64,000 nucleotides of DNA from Candidatus Bathyarchaeia archaeon (GTDB lineage: Archaea > Thermoproteota > Bathyarchaeia > Bathyarchaeales > Bathycorpusculaceae): contig JBEKSS010000005.1 in assembly GCA_049516875.1 (NCBI GenBank), forward strand, positions 1 to 64,000, read 5' to 3'. A program made the translations under genes and the position numbers. The notes under the pieces are model-generated. The model made no database searches. It was not told where the DNA came from and saw nothing but the letters and a program-made list of their open reading frames with translations. Numbering within the stretch: the stretch's first letter is position 1; each line of letters begins with the position of its first letter. Shown here piece by piece: positions 40,863-48,582 of the stretch.

Positions 40863-41309
40863 CTACAACTCTACGCCTTCAAACGCGACGCCTGCCCACC
40901 GTGCGCTGCCAAGTTGCAACAGCCTTAGTTGGAATGTGCCTGGTCCCAGCGAGTGTACGGGCTCATCCACTTTTCCGCTGCGGTTTTCAACTCCTCTTCC
41001 CTGCAGATAGCCAATATCAACCGTTCCGTTGATTTGCCCCGGCGCGAGCGTTCCAGTCTTGGTTAGAGCCCACCAGAGCTCAGCTGAACCCGCTTGAATG
41101 CTCAGGTACGTCATTTGAAAAACACTGCCTGGAGCCACCCTGTGGCTTCCAGCCGTGACCGTGACGCCGGTTCCCCTTACACGGGAGGCCCTCATGAGCG
41201 TCAGAGTCGGAACTATCTGGTCTATGAACTGTCTCTTACGCGGGTCGAGTATCTCATGCCTTTCTACCCTAATTTCAGGCATTCGTTCACTTTCCATTAA
41301 TAACTTCAT
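40863..41309 (-). CDS. Beta-rich G(S/T)-repeat protein, possible structural protein
   Basis: Alternating beta strands with many GT/GS turns; co-oriented with the 40336 ORF. Confidence 0.55.
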   Translation of the reverse strand: MKLLMESERMPEIRVERHEILDPRKRQFIDQIVPTLTLMRASRVRGTGVTVTAGSHRVAPGSVFQMTYLSIQAGSAELWWALTKTGTLAPGQINGTVDIGYLQGRGVENRSGKVDEPVHSLGPGTFQLRLLQLGSARWAGVAFEGVEL

Positions 41310-41358
41310 CTTGAAATGCTTTTAAGCGTTTGAAGGCGATTCTTATTATGGTGAGCAC

Positions 41359-41766
41359 TTGAGTCTTGTAACTATGGCCGTCGACGGGTTTGTGCGACGC
41401 TGGCCGATTATCGGGCAGCCGCTGTTCTTTCCGTCGAGGAGCACGAGGAGTCCGGCTCCACATCAACGCTTTCCGAAGCCTGCGCCTATTCCAACGTATG
41501 AACGTCGGTTGTGGGGCGCTGACAACTTCGACCGCTTCGAGAACCAGCGATTTGAGCGAGGCCCAAGTCGACTGACCGGCCCAAAGCCCGGGGTCAAGAC
41601 TTATGGTGGATTCGGTGTCGTGAACCCCGTGTACGTCGAGCCGGAAACCCGCGTGAAAACTTTCAACGCGCCCGCATCATACGGGAACATTCTGCCACGG
41701 GCTCCTGTGAAGAGCTATGAACAGGGGTTTGGGCAGGCCGCTAGGACGCCCATCAAGACCTATTAG
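41359..41766 (+). CDS. Pro/Gly-rich protein with repeated (V/I)K(T/S)(Y/F) motif
   Basis: VKTY, VKTF, VKSY, IKTY; GGTGA RBS. Confidence 0.6.
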   Translation: MSLVTMAVDGFVRRWPIIGQPLFFPSRSTRSPAPHQRFPKPAPIPTYERRLWGADNFDRFENQRFERGPSRLTGPKPGVKTYGGFGVVNPVYVEPETRVKTFNAPASYGNILPRAPVKSYEQGFGQAARTPIKTY

Positions 41767-41869
41767 GGTTGAGAATGAGTCTGTAAATAACAATATTTTT
41801 TGTTTTCAAAAAAAATTTTAACTAGAACAATCATAGTTATTTTGTGCGGTTTTGTTAATCTGAATTAAC

Positions 41870-42426
41870 CGAAACGTTTTTAAATTTGTTGCGTTCAACA
41901 TGTTTTAGTACGTTGTGCTTAAAGCAACAACGTACAGCAACATCATAAGCAACTAATCAACCGACACGTAAAATCTACGGCTGTTCTATGGCTGTTCACA
42001 ATACCTAAGACGGATTAAGCCTTTGATCTTGAAACGCTTCTGTTGGGTGGAACAGAAACACAAATACCGCCACGATTAGAGGCTTGAAAGGTCTTTAAGA
42101 CGTGTGACGAAACACACACACGGATTTAGTACGGCTGTTCTGGAATATCTCGATTTTACTGAAGTTTACCATGTTGGGAAATTAGGCTTATGCCATCGCA
42201 GAAGGTTAAGGTGTTCTGTGGATGGGCGGAATAAGTTAAAACCGTTGAAACCTATTGTTTTAGGCTGTTCCACGTCACAAGACGTAAAACGTGACGCAAA
42301 CAAAGAATTAGGCTGAAAAACACCTTAAAAGATTAGACCTTTATTATCCTTATCCTAGAGGTAATAAAGACAATTCAGACAGACGCTTCTCTAAACCGTT
42401 GCCCACAACAAACACAGGTGTTTTCT
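41870..42426 (+). other. Structured non-coding segment A (hairpins, GGCTGTTC repeats, several TATA-like sites)
   Basis: Stems 41908-15/41928-35, 42017-28/42074-85, 42038-44/42051-57, 42193/42225, 42273-78/42291-96, 42339-46/42362-69; GGCTGTTC four times. Confidence 0.6.
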
Positions 42427-42738
42427 ATGCTGAATGTCGGAAAATGTCGAAGTTGCGGTTTCGTAGTTCACCATCTATCTACTCCAGACTTCAAGGCTCT
42501 TATGAACGGACACCTCAGCAGATCTCATCCCAGCGAAGCCTTTGATTTTCCCCTGCACGTCACTATGACAGACTTCAAGGCTCTTTTTATCATCGTAAGA
42601 GTCACGAAGGAAGAGGAGATAGAGGGCACACTACGAGTTCTGCAAAACCGTGGTTATTGGGTGGCAATTCGTAACCATCCACAACTACAAAACATCCTTG
42701 TTTCTGGCTTGGGCATCGGGGAGTTAAAGCCTTTCTGA
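42427..42738 (+). CDS. C2H2-type zinc-finger protein
   Basis: CRSCGF...MNGHLSRSH; AGGTG RBS before ATG 42427. Confidence 0.65.
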   Translation: MLNVGKCRSCGFVVHHLSTPDFKALMNGHLSRSHPSEAFDFPLHVTMTDFKALFIIVRVTKEEEIEGTLRVLQNRGYWVAIRNHPQLQNILVSGLGIGELKPF

Positions 42739-42790
42739 AATCCTCTACGGCAAAATAGCCTGCAGACTAGTTTCCTCACTTAAAGGGAGA

Positions 42791-43273
42791 ATGAATGTTT
42801 TGCCAAGAAGAAATGCTCAAACAGCCGAAACCCAAGTCGTGACTGAACCTTCTAGACTAGATTTGCTTGAGGCTTTCGCAGAGTTGGTGGCTGAGAGATG
42901 GGGCTATTTTATGGGCAGACGCCTCACTCAACAAGAGATGACTGAGAAGTGCAAGAACGAAATCAAAGCTGCCAGAGAGAAATCCAAGGCTCTCAACGGG
43001 AGCATAGAGAAACTCATCAAGGGCGAGGATCCAGAAGTCCGAGCCATGATTGAGACTCAGCGTGCCGACCTGAAGAACGCCAAAGAAATCGCGGGCGAAG
43101 CTAGAAAGCCGTTCCAACAAAAGATTGCCCCTCTAGCTCAAGCTCAGAAATACTGTGACAACGTGGCCATTCCCGACTCTTTGAAAGAGTTGGGGCACCC
43201 TGTCACGCCACGGTTCAGCCTCAGCGAGTGGGTGGGCAAGGCTGTCGAGCAGAACAAGAGAAAGAAGAAGTAA
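42791..43273 (+). CDS. Helical hypothetical protein directly upstream of the large ncRNA
   Basis: 160-aa ORF, coiled-coil core, basic tail KRKKK. Confidence 0.75.
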   Translation: MNVLPRRNAQTAETQVVTEPSRLDLLEAFAELVAERWGYFMGRRLTQQEMTEKCKNEIKAAREKSKALNGSIEKLIKGEDPEVRAMIETQRADLKNAKEIAGEARKPFQQKIAPLAQAQKYCDNVAIPDSLKELGHPVTPRFSLSEWVGKAVEQNKRKKK

Positions 43274-43320
43274 GTCAGCTTCTTCCACATCAACCTCAAC
43301 CCCCTTTTTTTCCTGCTAAA

Positions 43321-43850
43321 ACTGTTCGGCTCGTCCGACAGTGGCATGGAAAGGCAGTCTTGCGAGAGCTAGACGCACGAGAGGACAGAATAAAGGCTTG
43401 AGAAGACAAAGATAGAAGCGTTTGTGCGTTAAACCTCAAAGGACTGTGGAGAAGGAAGACCGCTGGCTGTAAGGGAACAGCCGAAACCCCAATGAAGTCT
43501 TTTTCACAGCTAACCGCTCAGGACCTCTTCGTCCATTATCCAGAAGGTTTAATGGACATGGAGAGGGCACTCTCCGAGCCGATCGGCGGTGTAAGCTGAA
43601 GGAGAGTTGGTAGCTCGTATAACACAAAGAAGAAGCCCCATTACTTCTAAGCCTGATCCATGTGGGAGACACCCCCAATCATACTACCCACGTGCTACTC
43701 ACATTGAACAAGCTACCTTCGGGTACGCATGTTTCAAGTCGAGTTGGGCGGAAGCGAGCAGCGTAGAAGGGCGACTTTCTACGCGAGGAAATGGAAGGCG
43801 CAGCAATGCGCTGGGCGAGGCAGCACAGACGCTTACCAACGCTGGGGTGT
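43321..43850 (+). ncRNA. Large structured non-coding RNA B (unassigned)
   Basis: At least 10 helices, three GNRA loops, one cUUCGg loop, 12-bp closing helix 43416-27/43823-34; no credible ORF. Confidence 0.75.
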
Positions 43851-43857
43851 TAGTGTC

Positions 43858-44082
43858 ATGAGCATTTTCTGCGAGAATGAAGGAAAGTTGGTCACTATCG
43901 TTATCCCAAACAGAATAGCCATCGGCAGCCAAGTGAAAGTCATCAAGTGCCACAAGAAACTGCGCGATCGTGATTGTAGGGGCTGCCTTGCCAAGCATGC
44001 GTGTGCTGTATTCTTAGACGAGCCGAGGTTTTCACTCAAAACTTTCTGTGGAGGTCGAAGACGTCGAAAACGGAAACCATAG
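43858..44082 (+). CDS. Cys-rich small cassette protein
   Basis: ATG after GGGGTG; CRGCLAKHAC; PRFSLKTF. Confidence 0.6.
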   Translation: MSIFCENEGKLVTIVIPNRIAIGSQVKVIKCHKKLRDRDCRGCLAKHACAVFLDEPRFSLKTFCGGRRRRKRKP

Positions 44083-44113
44083 TCCTCTTCCTTTTTCTGT
44101 TCGGGGTGCATGT

Positions 44114-44374
44114 ATGGCCAGAGTTTTGCCAGCAAATGCTATAGAGGTGTCACACAACAAGGAAGCATTCTGCTTAATCTTCAGGTTCCAAGCTGCTGAC
44201 GCACATCAAGAAGCCGTCTACATCTCCATATCGCCTGCAGGAGCAAAAACCACGTCTGCCCTAATCGGCAGGGAAATCCAAGAGTACGAAAGAGAAACAG
44301 GTCTGACAGTAGCACCTTGGGAAATGCCTCAGAGCACACTGACCCAGATGAGTAAAAACCACCTCTCAAGCTGA
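44114..44374 (+). CDS. DUF3467-like small protein
   Basis: ANAIEVSH.KEAF.L.F...ISPAGAK...L...I..YE..G pattern; ATG 5 nt after the repeat RBS. Confidence 0.65.
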   Translation: MARVLPANAIEVSHNKEAFCLIFRFQAADAHQEAVYISISPAGAKTTSALIGREIQEYERETGLTVAPWEMPQSTLTQMSKNHLSS

Positions 44375-44436
44375 TCGCTGAAACGTTTAAATACCTTCTT
44401 CCTTTTTTTGTACGAGGTACGAAGTGGGGTGGAACG

Positions 44437-44643
44437 ATGCCCAAAAAGAAAAGCAAGAGTAAAGAAACCGCACGGCTCAACCTGTACCTCGACCCGGACC
44501 TGGCGAAAAAGCTGAACGACTACTGCCTCGCATACATGGAAAAACACAAGAAAATAATTGAGTCCATAAGACAGATGGTTGGCAGGATGGCGCTGGCAGA
44601 ATGGCTTCAAAACCACGGCGACGACTTCACCGTCGAGCTCTAG
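44437..44643 (+). CDS. Ribbon-helix-helix-like DNA-binding protein
   Basis: RLNLYLDPDLAKKLNDYC...MALAEWL. Confidence 0.65.
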   Translation: MPKKKSKSKETARLNLYLDPDLAKKLNDYCLAYMEKHKKIIESIRQMVGRMALAEWLQNHGDDFTVEL

Positions 44644-44674
44644 CCTCCACTTTTTTCTCTTCGGGGTGATTCAA

Positions 44675-44806
44675 ATGGTAAGAAAAGATCCGGAGCATTG
44701 TAGCCACATACGGATAAACAGGGTCCTTGACACCTGGCTCTGCAACGAGTGCGGAGCTGAATTTGTTCCGAAGAATCCTAAGCACACGACAAAGTGGCAA
44801 AATTAA
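44675..44806 (+). CDS. 43-aa zinc-ribbon microprotein
   Basis: CSH...WLCNECGAEF; bounded by two repeat copies. Confidence 0.65.
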   Translation: MVRKDPEHCSHIRINRVLDTWLCNECGAEFVPKNPKHTTKWQN

Positions 44807-44827
44807 CCCCCTTTTTCTGCGGTGCAA

Positions 44828-44960
44828 ACACCTACTTCATCGACAGTCGAAAGGCTGCAACAGGCGGCGTGGCTCTAATCTCGCTGCGACAAGGGCACTT
44901 TTTGCGCGGAAAAGGTAGGGGGTTCTGTGCAGAAAACCCTAGTCGTGACCATTGGGGTGT
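44828..44960 (+). ncRNA. Structured non-coding segment C (multibranch, GAAA tetraloop)
   Basis: CAGTC-GAAA-GGCTG, GCGGCG/CGCTGC, TAGGG..TTCTG/CAGAA..CCCTA, ACACCT/GGGTGT closing helix. Confidence 0.5.
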
Positions 44961-44969
44961 GTATGAGCA

Positions 44970-45635
44970 ATGAGCAAGATACCGTTGCTTCTGCAGCGCA
45001 TTCAAAGATTTGAGGAGAGTCCCAGGGCTCCGCCGAAGACAAGCAAGAAACTGCTAGCCCTTCTCAATCGATTGAACACTCGCGAGTGGCTGCCCATCGT
45101 TGAAGGACAGCTGATGGAAGCCATTGTTCACTTGAAATGTGAAGTGAAGTTCATTGAACACCTGCCCCGCTGCCGGTTCTGTCAGCTGGAGCTCCAGCTA
45201 GATGTCGAGCGTTACAACGGAGTCCATTCAACCTGGTATCTCAGCCTGGAAAACAGTGAATATCTCGAAGAGGAATACCCTGACTGTCCCAAAGAGGAAG
45301 ATTACACGATAGATGATTATTGGAGTCAAGTGGAACGTTACAGGCAGACCGGCACAACAGAATCGAAAGACGTCAACACCCTGAAATTCATCTTGGACAG
45401 GGCAAAATGGGCTTACCAGATAGCTGGAAAACAGATAAAACTGGCCCGGCAGCTGCTCAGACTCGTTCGAAACTGGAACTTCAGCGAGAAGACCGAGGTA
45501 GAATTCAACAGGCTCTTCGAAGAACTTGAAATGTACGAGATAGCTAATCCTTCCCTTTTTTCTGCCTTGGGGTGTAAACACGAGCGACAAACTTCAGAAA
45601 CTGATACACACCATCAACACAAAACGGTATGCTAG
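44970..45635 (+). CDS. Hypothetical cassette protein
   Basis: 221 aa, CRFC; 3' end reads through a repeat copy. Confidence 0.65.
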   Translation: MSKIPLLLQRIQRFEESPRAPPKTSKKLLALLNRLNTREWLPIVEGQLMEAIVHLKCEVKFIEHLPRCRFCQLELQLDVERYNGVHSTWYLSLENSEYLEEEYPDCPKEEDYTIDDYWSQVERYRQTGTTESKDVNTLKFILDRAKWAYQIAGKQIKLARQLLRLVRNWNFSEKTEVEFNRLFEELEMYEIANPSLFSALGCKHERQTSETDTHHQHKTVC

Positions 45636-45681
45636 AGGAAACCCGAAGGATATACTATATCGGATTCTCGATGAAATCGAC

Positions 45682-46566
45682 ATGAGAGCCCACTTCGGTT
45701 ATAGAAGAAGCTGGGAGATACTCGTCGAACTGTTGGCCTATCACCTTGGCTTGCTGTCAAACCCCTGGCTCTACTCGAAACCAGCGATGGACTTACGGTA
45801 CGTTGAAGAGAAGACGAATCCGATGATAAGGCTCGGATTCCGCAGAAACCAGGGTCTGTGGGCTCCTAGAATGAGACTGCAGTGGAGACATCCAGCCTCC
45901 CAGCTTTCACGAGAAGCGAGAGAGGTTCTAGCCCGCGTTGAAGAGACGGACCTTCTGGAACAGTACGTCGTGGCAGCCAGGGCTAAGCCGTGGGACCATG
46001 TAGGCGACATATTCGTTGAACAGGAACTGGCAGGACGGAAGAACGCTCTTGGACAGAACCTGACACCCAAGCAGATCGTTGACTTCATGTTGAAAATGAC
46101 CCTGGATTTTGATAAGCCCACAAAGGAGCCAAGAACGTTGCTTGAACCATGTGTCGGAACAGGGCGATTTCTGATAGAAGCAAGTCTGATGAACCCTGAA
46201 AAACCTCTAATCCTATTCGGAATCGAGATAGACATCACACTGTACCGGGCATGCCTAGTCAACATGGCTCTCTTCAGCAGCAACCATCCCTACAGCATCA
46301 TCCGGGCTGACACGTTGATGCTTGATCTCGAGGCTTCAATGCCTGGCAGCCCGGTCTGGAACCAGGGTAACAGGTGGGATCCAGCGGACATGTCACCATA
46401 CTACATCAAGATACCTCTACCATTCAAGTTCTCCCTAGCGGAAATGGCAAAGGTTATGAAAGAGCAGTCAACCGACGTGCAGCAGCCCACCATCGTAATA
46501 CCGACGCCGCCGATGGCGTTCTCACTTGCAACACTGGCCAGAGCGAAGAAGAAACAACAGACATAA
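45682..46566 (+). CDS. N-6 DNA methylase-like (HsdM-like) protein lacking the NPPY/F motif
   Basis: LGQNLTP (motif X), LLEPCVGTGRFL (motif I), FGIEID, ADTL; frame open upstream to an ACG at 45580 behind the repeat RBS. Confidence 0.8.
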   Translation: MRAHFGYRRSWEILVELLAYHLGLLSNPWLYSKPAMDLRYVEEKTNPMIRLGFRRNQGLWAPRMRLQWRHPASQLSREAREVLARVEETDLLEQYVVAARAKPWDHVGDIFVEQELAGRKNALGQNLTPKQIVDFMLKMTLDFDKPTKEPRTLLEPCVGTGRFLIEASLMNPEKPLILFGIEIDITLYRACLVNMALFSSNHPYSIIRADTLMLDLEASMPGSPVWNQGNRWDPADMSPYYIKIPLPFKFSLAEMAKVMKEQSTDVQQPTIVIPTPPMAFSLATLARAKKKQQT

Positions 46567-46598
46567 TCCCTCTTTTTTTTCTGTCCGGGGTGCAAAAG

Positions 46599-46997
46599 TT
46601 GAATCCTTTGGAATTGTATCAGCTTAGGCGTTACTGCCGCAAATACGGATTGGATTTTCAGGAGGTCGACAGCACGTTAACATACGCAGAATGCAAAAAG
46701 CATCTTAAGTCCCTGGTGCACATGCTCTTCCAATCACTGGACACGTTTGAACTGGCTCGCATGGCATCGCTGCAGGTAGAGTACATAGAAAACCACGCTC
46801 TCACCTACTATGCATCATGTCGGGTGGGTGGAGAGACAAAATCGGAAGAAGTCGGGGATCCCGACACGAGTCCACAGCGGTTTTCGCTGAAGACCATGAC
46901 AAGTGTTGGATTCTCTCTTTCATCATACGCAAAGCGACAGCCTGCATTTCCGGACCCTAGCATGAACAAGACAAGGCAAACTCAACGAAAAACCTAG
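46599..46997 (+). CDS. Hypothetical cassette protein
   Basis: TTG 6 nt after the repeat RBS; two FSL motifs at the C-terminus. Confidence 0.65.
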   Translation: MNPLELYQLRRYCRKYGLDFQEVDSTLTYAECKKHLKSLVHMLFQSLDTFELARMASLQVEYIENHALTYYASCRVGGETKSEEVGDPDTSPQRFSLKTMTSVGFSLSSYAKRQPAFPDPSMNKTRQTQRKT

Positions 46998-47094
46998 GCT
47001 AAACCGCCCAGAAATAGTCTTCTTCCTCATACTATATTACAGAAATCTCAAACATTCGGTGAGAGCCCTCTTTTTTTCTCCCCGGGGTGCAAGA

Positions 47095-47364
47095 GTGAGA
47101 CTCCGACGAAGCGACGTGCAAATCGTGAGAGCGATTCTCGAGGCAGCCAAGAAACTGGTGCGGGAGCCCTACTCGCTGAGCGAGCTGGCCGCAGCGGCAA
47201 GCGTGACGAGGAAAACCGCGAGAAGATGGCTCAGCCTGCTCAGGACAGTGGCGGAACTGTTGGTTCTGCCCCTGGAAACCAGGGTTGCTTATTTTGAGGG
47301 TCCAGGAAGAGGCAGAAAGCGAAGACGGAAAAGACTGACCACCGTTTCTCTCGCGCTCAGGTAG
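47095..47364 (+). CDS. HTH DNA-binding protein
   Basis: YSLSELAAAASVTRKTARRWL; GTG after the repeat RBS. Confidence 0.7.
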   Translation: MRLRRSDVQIVRAILEAAKKLVREPYSLSELAAAASVTRKTARRWLSLLRTVAELLVLPLETRVAYFEGPGRGRKRRRKRLTTVSLALR

Positions 47365-47497
47365 GCTGCCATCCCCTTTTTTTCTATGTTCAACTGGGTT
47401 CACTTGGGGTCCAAGGTTTTTGTATTTTCTCCGCACGCTCGTTACGGTTGCCCTATGGGGTGAAAAAACCCTTAAACCTTAAAGGAGAAAGAGAAAA

Positions 47498-48046
47498 ATG
47501 AAAAGACTCAGTAGGCTTAGTACACGCGGCAAAACTCTGATCGTCATCTTGTGCGCTGCTACGCTGGTTGGGGTTGCCGTCGCTATCCCCATCCTCGAGC
47601 GAGTGCTAACAGTGACAGTTCAAACCGGGCCCAGGCTCTTCGAAATCTGGAACGCGGACAGGACAGCGCAGATAACGAGTGTGGATATTGGCGGAATCTT
47701 CCCGGACCAGGTCAACGCCGTAAACTTGACCACGATCTACTTGCACAACACCGACACTTCGGGACAGCGCGACCTGAACATCACGGTGCATCCGTCGGCA
47801 ACGTTCGACTCGACCATCTTCAACCTGCTCGTAAACGGCACAAACCTGGCGGATGGCGTCACAAGAGTGCTTTGGAACAACGGGCCGGGCACATGGGTCC
47901 TGGCCTGGGGCCACGACCAGACGTATCCGATAGAGTGGGTCAAGGTGGAAATCTACCTGTGGCTCAAGCCCGAAGCAAGCCCGCCAGCCGGCGCCTACGA
48001 CTTTCAGCTGCTCTGGGACGCGCCGCTAGGCTCTTGGGGACCGTAG
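47498..48046 (+). CDS. Secreted/membrane-anchored beta-rich protein
   Basis: Basic N-terminus + hydrophobic helix, N-x-T sequons; own BRE/TATA (AAAAAACCCTTAAA). Confidence 0.7.
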   Translation: MKRLSRLSTRGKTLIVILCAATLVGVAVAIPILERVLTVTVQTGPRLFEIWNADRTAQITSVDIGGIFPDQVNAVNLTTIYLHNTDTSGQRDLNITVHPSATFDSTIFNLLVNGTNLADGVTRVLWNNGPGTWVLAWGHDQTYPIEWVKVEIYLWLKPEASPPAGAYDFQLLWDAPLGSWGP

Positions 48047-48096
48047 TGAACGCTAAAGCGAACACTTCATAACCCTCTTTTTTCTGTTCGGGGTGA

Positions 48097-48396
48097 ATGA
48101 AAGCGTCTGAATCTCTTAAAACAAAAGTCAAATCCTACAACCCGTACACGAGAGCACGGAACAATCAACAGATTTACAAGACGTGTCCAGACTGTGGAAG
48201 AGAGCTTATGATGTATCGTGAATCGGGACATCAGCACTGGAGACCTACCGGCAGAGCATGTCCAGAACTTGTTGAATGGAACTATGTTGTGTACATACGA
48301 TGTGGAATCTGCGGTGGATTAGTTAAAACACGGTTGAAACCTATGTCGAAGTCTATGCCAAAGGACCTAGCGCGGCAATGGAAATTAATACCCTGA
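48097..48396 (+). CDS. Zinc-finger protein
   Basis: CPDCG and CGICG; follows a repeat. Confidence 0.7.
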   Translation: MKASESLKTKVKSYNPYTRARNNQQIYKTCPDCGRELMMYRESGHQHWRPTGRACPELVEWNYVVYIRCGICGGLVKTRLKPMSKSMPKDLARQWKLIP

Positions 48397-48435
48397 GTCT
48401 CCACTCCTCCCTTTTTCTGTTCTGGGGTGATTGAA

Positions 48436-48582
48436 TTGAGTTATTTGCGAAGAATCTTAGGAGTAGTCCTGAATGGCGCCGCGGAAGTCAGTCAGATCGC
48501 CAGCGACGCCGCCAAGGAAACAGCAGAAGTAGTCAAGGACGTCGCCAAGACCGTTACCGAGAAGAAACCAGCAACGGCATGA
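48436..48582 (+). CDS. 48-aa amphipathic microprotein
   Basis: MSYLRRILGVVLNGAAEVSQIASDAAKETAEVVKDVAKTVTEKKPATA between two repeats; below the ORF-track cutoff. Confidence 0.6.
   Translation: MSYLRRILGVVLNGAAEVSQIASDAAKETAEVVKDVAKTVTEKKPATA

Noticed and set aside
43383-43795. RNase P RNA (ACAGAA...GGCTT and GAGGAAA look-alikes)
   Set aside because: Motifs are in the wrong order and cannot form helix P4
43416-43834. Group II intron (GTGCG at 43424; AGC followed by a GNRA hairpin at 43757-84)
   Set aside because: No domain V lower stem with AC bulge, no domain VI ending in AY, no RT, and no interrupted gene
43436-43998. ORF-track ORFs overlapping RNA B (43436-678, 43607-861, 43699-998, 5' part of 43729)
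   Set aside because: No RBS or protein-like features; better explained by RNA structure, with the true start at 43858
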